A stretch of DNA of 50,165 nucleotides from the NCBI GenBank assembly GCA_046756945.1, contig JBHHXI010000002.1, forward strand, positions 1 to 50,165, written 5' to 3'. The stretch is from Rhodospirillales bacterium. Its GTDB lineage: Bacteria; Pseudomonadota; Alphaproteobacteria; Rhodospirillales; 2-02-FULL-58-16. The position numbers and the translations under genes are program-made. The notes under the pieces were generated by a model. The model ran no database searches and had not been told where the DNA came from. It worked only from the letters and a program-made list of their open reading frames with translations. This document shows positions 36,232 through 44,132 of the stretch, one piece after another. Each line of letters starts with the position of its first letter. The stretch's first letter is position 1.

Positions 36232-38562
36232 ATGAGCCTGGGTCATCTGTTCGGGTACGCGCGCACCCTGGCGCCCGGTGCCGCCGCCGTCCACGGCTGG
36301 CGGCTCGGACGGCGGCTGATAGTTGCGTACGGACGCCAGGCGGGGGCGTACTTCCGCTCCACCTACGAGCCGGTGAAGGACGGCCAGCCGCCGGCGCTCG
36401 GCGGCTACGCGCCGGAGATGGCGGCGGCGGTGCTCGCCCCTGAGTGGGAACCCATCGCCGCCGTCACCGGGCAGTACCTGGACCACCGCTTCGACCTGCT
36501 CGGCTCGGGCTGGGTGCGCATCGGGCACGGCATGCGGTGCCGTGGTTTCGAGGGGCACCGCTATCCGCCCGTCGCGCCGCCGGCCGGGGACGACGGCGGG
36601 GCGCCGGCCGCCGCCCGGGTGTCGCCGGGCAACCGCGCCCGGGCCCGGGCAATCCGGCGCCTTACGGACCCGGACTACCGGCCCATCGACTGGCAGATCG
36701 ACTTCAAATCCGGCTACCGCTGGTCGGCGCGCCGCTGGTCCGGAACCATCCGCTTCGGCCACGAGCCCGGCGTCGACGTCAAGGCGCCGTGGGAGCTGGC
36801 CCGCCTCCAGCACCTGGTCCAACTGGCCTGGGCCTACATCGGGGCCCGGGCCAGGGAGGCCGGCTTCGCGGCGCCGGAGACCTATGCGTCGGAGTTCCGC
36901 AACCAGGTCCTCGATTTTCTCGCCGCCAATCCGCCCCGGTTCGGGGTCAACTGGTACTCGACCATGGATGTGGCGATCCGCGCCGCCAACCTTCTGCTGG
37001 CGCTGGACCTGTTCCGGCGCCACGGCGCCCGCTTCGATGCCGCCTTCATGGGCGAATTCACCGCCGCGGTGGAGGCCCACGGGCGCCACATCGTGAACAA
37101 TCCGGAATGGAGCGAGGCGCACCGGGCGAACCACTATCTGGCCGGGATCGCGGGGCTGCTGTTCGTCGCCGCCTACCTGCCGCGCACCCCGGAAACCGAC
37201 CGCTGGCTCGCCTTCGCCGTGCGCCAGTTGATCGCCGAGGTGGAACGGCAGTTCACCCCCGACGGCGCCAACTTCGAGGCCTCCACCGGCTACCACCGTT
37301 TATCCGCCGAGATGGCGATCTATGCCACGGCCCTGGTCCTCGGCCTGCCCCGGGACAAGCGGGCGGCCCTGGCCGATTACGACAGCCGGCCCTGGCGCCA
37401 CCACCCGGCATTGCCCCCCGCCCCGGTGGACATGCACCGCCTGCCCGGGACCGCGGACGCGCCCGGCGCCGAGGCGCCGCGGTCGCCCTTCCCGCCCTGG
37501 TACTTCCAGCGCCTGGAGCGCATGGCCGAGTTCTCCATGCACGTGACCAAGCCCGACGGCCGGCCGGTCCAGATCGGAGACACCGACAGCGGCCGTTTCT
37601 TCAAGCTTTGCCCGCTTTACCGGCGGATGACGGCGGGCGAGGCGCGGCGGACCCTGGCCAACCTGGCGGAGTACCGCGATCTTTCGGACGACCAGCCCTA
37701 CTGGGACGAGGAGCCGCTGGATCACCGGGGCGTCGTCGGGGCCATCAACGGACTGTTCGCGAGGAGCGATTTCGCCGCCTTCGCCGGCCGGCGCGGGGCG
37801 GTGGAGACGGCGGTGGCGGCCGGCCTGGCGGGCGGGCGGACGATCGCCAGCTACCTGGGCGCGGGGGAGCCGCCCGCGGCCGGGGAAAGCCGCGTGGCCC
37901 GGGGCGGCGGAGCGGCGGCGGACAGCGGGCCGGCGGAGACGGTGCCAAGGCGCGAGATCGTCGTCGAGTTCCCCGACCCCTCCGTGCTCGACGGCCTGAC
38001 GGCCGTTGCCTATCCGGACTTCGGCCTGTTCATCTGGCGCTCGCCACGGCTGTTCCTGTCGGTGCGCTGCGGACCCATCGGCCAGAACGGGAACGGCGGC
38101 CACGCCCACCATGACCAGTTGGCCGTGGAACTGAACGTCGACGGCGTCGATTGGCTGGCCGACCCGGGAAGCTACGTCTACACGCCCTCGCCCCGGCGCC
38201 GCGAAGCCTACAGGTCCGTCCACGCCCACGCCGCGCCGCGTGCCGGGAACCGGGAACCGGCGCGGCGCGCACTGGGCCTGTTCCGGCTCGACGACACGGC
38301 GCAGGCAAAGTGCCTGCGCTTCGACGCCACGGGCTTCCACGGCGTCCATTCCGGGTTCGGCGGACCCGTGTACCGCACCGTGGCCGTCGACGGGGGGCGC
38401 ATCGTCATCGGCGACGGCCCCGGGACGGGCCCGGGGACCGGCGGCGCCGGTGCCGACCGCACCGTGGTCGGGACACCCGAGGCGTTGCGGGCGCTGTTTC
38501 CGGCCAGCGTCCCGTTTTCGCCCGGATACGGCAGGATCGTCGCCGCCGACGCGCGCCCCTGA
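36232..38562 (+). CDS. Heparinase II/III-like (alginate-lyase superfamily) protein
   Basis: WELARLQHL, NHYLAGIAGLLFVAAYL and GGHAHHDQLAVEL motifs. 776 aa. Confidence 0.7.
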   Translation: MSLGHLFGYARTLAPGAAAVHGWRLGRRLIVAYGRQAGAYFRSTYEPVKDGQPPALGGYAPEMAAAVLAPEWEPIAAVTGQYLDHRFDLLGSGWVRIGHGMRCRGFEGHRYPPVAPPAGDDGGAPAAARVSPGNRARARAIRRLTDPDYRPIDWQIDFKSGYRWSARRWSGTIRFGHEPGVDVKAPWELARLQHLVQLAWAYIGARAREAGFAAPETYASEFRNQVLDFLAANPPRFGVNWYSTMDVAIRAANLLLALDLFRRHGARFDAAFMGEFTAAVEAHGRHIVNNPEWSEAHRANHYLAGIAGLLFVAAYLPRTPETDRWLAFAVRQLIAEVERQFTPDGANFEASTGYHRLSAEMAIYATALVLGLPRDKRAALADYDSRPWRHHPALPPAPVDMHRLPGTADAPGAEAPRSPFPPWYFQRLERMAEFSMHVTKPDGRPVQIGDTDSGRFFKLCPLYRRMTAGEARRTLANLAEYRDLSDDQPYWDEEPLDHRGVVGAINGLFARSDFAAFAGRRGAVETAVAAGLAGGRTIASYLGAGEPPAAGESRVARGGGAAADSGPAETVPRREIVVEFPDPSVLDGLTAVAYPDFGLFIWRSPRLFLSVRCGPIGQNGNGGHAHHDQLAVELNVDGVDWLADPGSYVYTPSPRRREAYRSVHAHAAPRAGNREPARRALGLFRLDDTAQAKCLRFDATGFHGVHSGFGGPVYRTVAVDGGRIVIGDGPGTGPGTGGAGADRTVVGTPEALRALFPASVPFSPGYGRIVAADARP

Positions 38563-38580
38563 CCAACCTCCGGCGGCCCC

Positions 38581-38611
38581 GGAGGGCGGTGGGAGGGCGG
38601 TGGGAGGGCGG
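38581..38611 (+). repeat. 11-bp tandem repeat (ggagggcggtg x ~2.8) forming a G-quadruplex-type motif
   Basis: Five GGG tracts separated by loops of 1-4 nt on the + strand, between convergent stop codons (38562 and 38637). Confidence 0.8.
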
Positions 38612-38636
38612 CCCCGGGCATGACTCCGCCCGCGAT

Positions 38637-39254
38637 TCACTCGCGCCGCGCCCGGCCTTCGTAGTGATAGGTGAGGGGACGCGGACCCTTGAGCAGATAT
38701 CCGGTCTCCAGGCGGGTGATGCGGAAGCCCGCGGCGCGGATCAGCACGTCCATCCGGCGGTTCAGGTTGCACCCGCCGGCGCAGCGGTTCCACAGGGGGT
38801 TCAAGCGGTTCTGCCAGGCCTCGATGCGCGGCTCCGACGACAGCCCGTGCTCGATGAAGATCAACTCGCCGTCGGGCCTGAGGACGCGGCGCATTTCTCC
38901 CAGCGCCTTCGGCGCGTCGGCAATGGAACACAGCGACCAGGTGACGACCACGCTGTCGAAGGATTTGTCGTCGAACGGAATCTCCTCCGCCGGGCGGGAT
39001 ACCAGCTCGATGCCGAACGGCGCCTTCCGCGCCGCCTTCCGGGCCATGGCCAGGAGCCGCTCGGAAGGGTCCAGCGCGTACACCGCTTCCACCTCGGAAG
39101 AATAGAAGGGCAGGTTCAGGCCGGAGCCGATCCCCACCTCCAGCACCCGGCCGTGGGCCGCCGGGATGACCCGCTTTCGATACCGGGTCACCTCCCTGTT
39201 CTTCATGCCCAGGTGGATGACCCAGGGCAGGAGGTGCTTTTCGTAGAACCCCAT
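38637..39254 (-). CDS. Class I SAM-dependent methyltransferase (Methyltransf_11-like)
   Basis: VLEVGIGSGLNLPFY motif I. Trimmed to MGFYEKHLLPW.... Confidence 0.75.
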   Translation of the reverse strand: MGFYEKHLLPWVIHLGMKNREVTRYRKRVIPAAHGRVLEVGIGSGLNLPFYSSEVEAVYALDPSERLLAMARKAARKAPFGIELVSRPAEEIPFDDKSFDSVVVTWSLCSIADAPKALGEMRRVLRPDGELIFIEHGLSSEPRIEAWQNRLNPLWNRCAGGCNLNRRMDVLIRAAGFRITRLETGYLLKGPRPLTYHYEGRARRE

Positions 39255-39436
39255 CCCATCAGCCTGCCCCGAATGCGGCCGCCGCCGCAAGCGGGCATCC
39301 GGCGTCGCGGATGGACGGGCCCGGTTTTCTTTTGGCGCAAAGCGATTCCGTCAATAAAAATAAATAAACGAAAATTCTATTAAACATTTACGTTAATATA
39401 AATATCGTTATTTTCTCGTGGTTTATGTATTTTTAC

Positions 39437-39465
39437 TTGACGGGACAACTTTCCGCAATAATAAT
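39437..39465 (+). promoter_or_regulatory. Near-consensus sigma70-type promoter (TTGACG-N17-AATAAT)
   Basis: 5/6 matches at -35 and 5/6 at -10, with 17-nt spacing. It lies inside a ~25% G+C island (hand count, 39351..39470) and is about 40 nt upstream of a small ORF. Confidence 0.5.
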
Positions 39466-39507
39466 TATGCGGTTGCATTGGGCTGAATGCCCCAGAGAAA
39501 CGGGACG

Positions 39508-39651
39508 ATGCGAACGTTTGGCATGCTATCTGTATTTTTGACAGGATGGTTGCTCAATGTCGTGATCGACGTAAATTCCGTGCTCGGCATTGTCGACGCT
39601 TGGGTTCGCCACGGCTGGTTGGCGCCGTGGTACGACCTGATCGCGCAGTAA
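39508..39651 (+). CDS. Candidate unannotated 47-aa hydrophobic, Trp-rich small protein
   Basis: My translation is MRTFGMLSVFLTGWLLNVVIDVNSVLGIVDAWVRHGWLAPWYDLIAQ*. It is below the ORF-track length cutoff. A/T-ending codons are atypical for this window. The Shine-Dalgarno is weak. Confidence 0.3.
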   Translation: MRTFGMLSVFLTGWLLNVVIDVNSVLGIVDAWVRHGWLAPWYDLIAQ

Positions 39652-39730
39652 CAACCCATTCCTGCCGCCCAAAGGACCCGGTGGTGCCATCGGGAAGGAC
39701 GCCCGTGCGCCCGGCGGCCACCGATGGACA

Positions 39731-40177
39731 CTAGTCGTGCCTGACCGTGCCGTTGGCGGCTCCGAGGAGAAAGTTGATCGTCACCTGGTCGTCGCTGAGG
39801 GGCAGCAGGACGCTGCGAAAAAGCAGGGTTCCGCCATTGCAGAGGATCAGCTCTTCCTCGGTCAGGACCGGGGTGCGTTGGGCAAGCGCCTCGCGGTACT
39901 TGCGCACGGCCTTGTCGAGGAGCGTCAGCGTCCAATCGGCTTGTCCGCATAGGAGGACGCCGGCGTACCTGCCGAGGGCCGGTCCCAGGTAGTGGAAATA
40001 GGGAAAATTGTGGTTACTCGCGGTGTCGAGGATGAAACAGGAGGGCCAGATATCCCTGATCGCATCGCGGTCGATGTCGTCCAGGCACGGGAATTCCCGT
40101 TCCCCGCACTGCTGCCGCCAGTATAGCGTCAGACGCCGCACCAACCGGCGTTCCTTCGCCGGAAGAACTGAATTCAT
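39731..40177 (-). CDS. Small PAS (PAS_5-like) domain protein
   Basis: Trimmed to MNSVLPAKERRLVRRLTLYWRQQ.... FPCLDDIDRDAIRDIWPSCFILD and LLFRSVLLPLSDD are typical of alphaproteobacterial single-PAS proteins. Confidence 0.6.
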   Translation of the reverse strand: MNSVLPAKERRLVRRLTLYWRQQCGEREFPCLDDIDRDAIRDIWPSCFILDTASNHNFPYFHYLGPALGRYAGVLLCGQADWTLTLLDKAVRKYREALAQRTPVLTEEELILCNGGTLLFRSVLLPLSDDQVTINFLLGAANGTVRHD

Positions 40178-40380
40178 GGCACCCCTCCCCTGGAGCCCCA
40201 CCGCGTCGTGCCGATCTTGCATGCCGTACCGCCTCGTCACATCAACTCCCAAACCGGCCCCCCGGTTAGCACCCTTTTCCCTTCGCCGCCGGGGGGCGTT
40301 CGCAGGAACACCGGCGGGCGGTTCAAGTCTCCGGGGCCGGCGCGGCGGCCGTCCGAAAAGGGTATCCCGCCGAATCCCTG

Positions 40381-40510
40381 ACCTGTGTTTAATAAAATCA
40401 CTTTTCGCCTTGTAAGTCAATTAATAAGACAAATACAAAAGTATTTTTAATTGCATTATAAAATTATATATAAATTGTATACATTATATATACAAATAAA
40501 AGTGTTGATG
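40381..40510. other. Extreme AT-rich island (divergent promoter region)
   Basis: About 20% G+C over 130 nt and about 10% over 40441..40500 (hand counts). attatatata is repeated at 40463 and 40483 around GTATAC. Confidence 0.85.
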
Positions 40511-40651
40511 TTAACCGCCGTTATTGCCTACTTTATCCATCCACGCATCCCGATTGCCCGCCGGTGGCCCGGCGTGGGCGCGGGCGACACGGCACGGGGC
40601 GTACCCCTGCCGGAGCCGCCTGTCGGCGCCAACGCCCGGCCCTGAGGACGT

Positions 40652-41695
40652 ATGATCATGTTCCGATTCCAAACATTCCCGATGGCGGTTCTGGCGCTCG
40701 GCGTACTCGGGTGTTCGCCGACCCCCGTGGGGCAGCCGATGACCTCGCAGGAGACCATGCACACGGCCAGCCATTGGCAGGCGCTCGCCGCCGACACCGC
40801 CAAGCGGATAAGCGGCCTGCGCGACAGCGCGATCAACGAGTCGGCCAGGCTGGCGGAGATCGCCGGTGAACCGTTCACCGAGCCCGACTTCGCGCTCGCC
40901 GACAATGTTTCCTTCTATGTCGAACCGCTCGATCCGGCGATGCCGTTCGCGCGGGCGTTCCATGAGCTGCTGATGACGAATCTGCTGCAAAACGGCGCCG
41001 ACGTGGTCCTGCACAGGGAAGACGCCTACGTCGTCCACTACGCCGTCCAGCCGGTGCGCCATGACAAAACCGATACCCTGAACCTGGATGCCTTTTCCGA
41101 GGTCATGATCACGGTCTCCCTTCTCGACGGCGGCAAACTTCTGATGCGGCGGTCCCGGGTGTACTATGTCGATGACGACGAGTTCTTCCAGTACCTGGCG
41201 ACGGTACCCCCCCTGCCGATAAGCAGCTACGATTCCACCGCCCGGGTCTCGCTGCCGGTGCGGCCGTTCGCCGTGGTCGATGGCGAAACGGCGCTGGCGT
41301 ACAACCAGGCGGCGCCGGACTCCGTCAACCTGACGGTCCAGGCGGCGGCGCCGGCGGACGTCAAGGCCGGACCGTTCACCGTGTACTTCGCCTTCGACAG
41401 TGCCGACCTCGATGACGCGGCCGCCAAGATGGTGGCCGAGATCGCCGAAAGCCAGCGTCGAACCGGCGCCAGCGTCGTCATCGCCGCCGGACACGCCGAC
41501 CGCGCCGGGTCGCCGGGCTACAACACGGCGCTGTCGAGAAAGCGCGCCGAAGCGGTGGCCCGGGCCCTGAACGGGGCCGACGTATCGCGGGACAACATGG
41601 TGGTCGAGTACTTCGGCGAAAGCCGGCCCGCCGTCCCCACGGACGACGGCGAGCGCCGGCCGGAAAACCGCCGGGTCGAAATCTATTTGCGGTAG
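40652..41695 (+). CDS. OmpA-family lipoprotein (unknown N-terminal domain plus C-terminal OmpA-like peptidoglycan-binding domain)
   Basis: Lipobox LALGVLGC. C-terminal FAFDSADL...GHADRAGSPGYNTALSRKRAEAV...ENRRVEI. GAGGA Shine-Dalgarno. Confidence 0.8.
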   Translation: MIMFRFQTFPMAVLALGVLGCSPTPVGQPMTSQETMHTASHWQALAADTAKRISGLRDSAINESARLAEIAGEPFTEPDFALADNVSFYVEPLDPAMPFARAFHELLMTNLLQNGADVVLHREDAYVVHYAVQPVRHDKTDTLNLDAFSEVMITVSLLDGGKLLMRRSRVYYVDDDEFFQYLATVPPLPISSYDSTARVSLPVRPFAVVDGETALAYNQAAPDSVNLTVQAAAPADVKAGPFTVYFAFDSADLDDAAAKMVAEIAESQRRTGASVVIAAGHADRAGSPGYNTALSRKRAEAVARALNGADVSRDNMVVEYFGESRPAVPTDDGERRPENRRVEIYLR

Positions 41696-41739
41696 TGGAA
41701 ACAGAACCCCTTGGTTGGGACAAAGCTGGGAATCAGGAT

Positions 41740-42294
41740 ATGAAACGCGTAAAGGCAACTTTGGCCGTCGTGGCGCTGCTGGTTCTGCCGGCGTGCTCCA
41801 ACGCGCCGCCCCGGGTCGTCGAACCGACGGCCGCCAACAACATGATTTTCTCGAGCTATGCGGCCGCCGACCGTCTGGTGCAGACGCCCCAAGGCGGGCT
41901 GGACCGCACAAAGCCGGTCCTCGTCACGAGCCTGGTCAACATCAACCGGCTCGGAAGGTCTTCGGGACTGGGGCGGGTCATAGGCGAGCAGATCTCATCG
42001 CGGCTGGTGTCGTCGGGCTATTCGGTGGCCGAGCTGAAATTGCGCAGCTCGATCCTGATCGAGGAGGGCAAGGGCGAGTTCATCCTTTCCCGGGATGTGC
42101 GGGAAATCAGCCGCTCGCGGGGCGCCCAGGCGGTCATCGCCGGCACCTACGCCGTGGGCGCGGATTCGGTCTATGTGAACGTGCGCCTTATTCGGGCGTC
42201 CGACAGCAAGATCCTGTCGTCGTACGACTACGCCCTGCACATGGATGACAACATCCTGTACCTGGTCGGCGCCCGCTTCCGGGACATCCGGTAG
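41740..42294 (+). CDS. FlgO-family lipoprotein
   Basis: Lipobox LVLPAC. VLVTSLVNINRLGRSSGLGRVIGEQISSRLVSSGYSVAELKLR...AVIAGTYAVGADSVYVNVRLIRASDSKILSSYDY matches my recollection of the FlgO-family pattern. Confidence 0.65.
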   Translation: MKRVKATLAVVALLVLPACSNAPPRVVEPTAANNMIFSSYAAADRLVQTPQGGLDRTKPVLVTSLVNINRLGRSSGLGRVIGEQISSRLVSSGYSVAELKLRSSILIEEGKGEFILSRDVREISRSRGAQAVIAGTYAVGADSVYVNVRLIRASDSKILSSYDYALHMDDNILYLVGARFRDIR

Positions 42295-42748
42295 CGTTGA
42301 CATTCGCGGAGGCGGGAGCGCCGTCCCGCCCCTCCTCCGCGGGCATGAAGATGAGGGCCTGATACACCGTCAAGGCAGGATTGCGGAAGGCCGGAGGCTG
42401 TCGTTCGAGCCCGGTTTCCTGCCGGGCCTGGTCCCCGCAAGGGGCCGCCGCCAGACGCCTCTTCCTGCCGCCGGGTCGTTCCCGGCGATCGCGTTCCCGG
42501 CCCGGGCGGGCCTGCGCCGGACCGCAGACAAGGGGCGCGGCGAATTTTGAAGGCGTGGCGGGCCGAACGGGAGCGCCCGCCGCCGACGATCACGTGGCCC
42601 GAGGGGAGCCGAAATGGGGGCAGTGGATTTACCAGTTGGAAAGGTTACCAGGTCCATACTTCGGACCAGGCGTGATACCCACGGGGCCGCCGCCCGGACC
42701 CCCTTGGCGCGCGATCGCAGCGCCAGGCAAAAAGGACGCAGCCGTGTA

Positions 42749-44083
42749 ATGGGCACCGCAACAAGGCGACAGAAAAAATCGTTTTGGCGGGAACGCTCCC
42801 GCGATATCCTTCACCGCCTGTTCCCCGAACGGCAGCTTCTGCTGCGCACCGGGGGCCGGGCCTCCTTCATACGCTTCTCCCGCCGGACACAGATCATGCT
42901 GGTGGCCGTGCTCGTGCTGGCCGGCACGTGGTCGGCCTTCACCTCGGTCAGCTACGTGCTCCACCATCAGGTGCTCGCCCTCAAGGACAGCCAGATCACC
43001 CGCGGCCGCCTTGCGTACCGGAGCCTGCTCGACGAGGTTTCCGAGTATCAGAAGAAATTCGCCTCCATCACCCTGGATCTGGAGGAAAACCACGCCCTGA
43101 TGCTGAACCTGGTGGTGCGCAACGCGGCCCTTCAGCAAAATCTGAGGTCCGTGGAAGTCCAGCTCACCAAAACCGAGGACGAACGGGAACAGGTGATCGC
43201 CGTGCGCGAGAACCTGAATGGGCAGTTGCGCGAGATCGAAGACAGGATGAGCGCCCTGGCAAGCCGCAACTTCGCCCTCAAGGACAACCTGGGCGCGGTC
43301 GAGGGCGATCTGCAGACCGCGCTGGTCGAACGCAACCGGGCCCTGTTCGAAGGCAACCGGATGCGCCGCCACATCAAGGATCTGGAGGCCCGGCTCGGCG
43401 ACCTCCAGGAAGCGGAGCTGCGATCGGTGCAGAATCTGACCGACCGGGCCGTCGCCTACATCGATTCCATGGAACGGGTGGTCGCCCTCGCCGGGCTGGC
43501 GGTGGACCAGCTTCTCAAGGCGGACGGCGGCCTGCCCAAGGGACAAGGGGGACCCTTCATCGAGGCCGAGGCCGAGCCCGATGCCCTTCCCGCCGACCGC
43601 CTGAAAGCCAACCTCACGACCCTGGACGCCCGCCTCCAGCAGTCCAAGGCCCTGGAGTCGGTGATGCGCAAACTGCCCCTGACCGCGCCGCTCAATTCCT
43701 ATTACATCACCAGCAGCTTCGGCAAGCGGCGCGACCCCGTGAACAAGAGATGGGCCTCCCATTACGGGCTGGATATGGGCGGTACCCTGAAATCGCCGGT
43801 CTACGTCACGGCGCCCGGCGTGGTCACCTCCGTGGGCTGGAACGGCAAATACGGAAAGATGATCGAAATCGATCACGGGGCCGGGATCAAGACCCGCTAC
43901 GGGCATCTTCACAAGACCCTGGTCAAGAAGGGCCAGAAGGTGAAATACCGCCAGAAGATCGGCCTCCTCGGCAACACCGGCCGCAGCACCGGCGCCCACC
44001 TGCATTACGAGGTGCTGTTCAAGCGTAAGGCAAAGGACCCGATGAAGTTCATCCAGGCGGGACGCTATGTGTTCCAAGAGTAA
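42749..44083 (+). CDS. M23 family metallopeptidase with N-terminal TM segment and coiled-coil region
   Basis: HYGLDMGG, HGAGIKTRYGHL and GNTGRSTGAHLHYEV. Trimmed to MGTATRRQKK.... Confidence 0.85.
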   Translation: MGTATRRQKKSFWRERSRDILHRLFPERQLLLRTGGRASFIRFSRRTQIMLVAVLVLAGTWSAFTSVSYVLHHQVLALKDSQITRGRLAYRSLLDEVSEYQKKFASITLDLEENHALMLNLVVRNAALQQNLRSVEVQLTKTEDEREQVIAVRENLNGQLREIEDRMSALASRNFALKDNLGAVEGDLQTALVERNRALFEGNRMRRHIKDLEARLGDLQEAELRSVQNLTDRAVAYIDSMERVVALAGLAVDQLLKADGGLPKGQGGPFIEAEAEPDALPADRLKANLTTLDARLQQSKALESVMRKLPLTAPLNSYYITSSFGKRRDPVNKRWASHYGLDMGGTLKSPVYVTAPGVVTSVGWNGKYGKMIEIDHGAGIKTRYGHLHKTLVKKGQKVKYRQKIGLLGNTGRSTGAHLHYEVLFKRKAKDPMKFIQAGRYVFQE

Positions 44084-44132
44084 CACCGGGGTCCGCCGGC
44101 AAGATGGCGGTTCGCCCCCCCGCCCCCAGGAC

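Noticed and set aside
36444-38114. 556-aa alternate-frame ORF inside the heparinase-like gene, plus the 750-aa antisense ORF 35044..37296
   Set aside because: Composition is Arg/Pro/Gly-rich with no motifs. The 776-aa frame has heparinase II/III-type motifs.
40254-40340. tRNA-like T-loop motif (ggttcaagtc at 40320) with a possible 7-bp acceptor pairing (ccggccc/gggccgg) 87 nt apart
   Set aside because: The T-stem would have only 2 Watson-Crick pairs and 1 GU pair out of 5. There is no D-arm with conserved GG and no convincing anticodon arm. At most it is a degenerate fragment, and I cannot support a tRNA call.
40533-40544. DnaA-box-like ttatccatccac next to the extreme AT island (possible replication origin/DUE)
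   Set aside because: It is a single imperfect box (7/9 match). There is no cluster of boxes and no dnaA, hemE, parAB or rep genes nearby. A divergent promoter region is the simpler reading.
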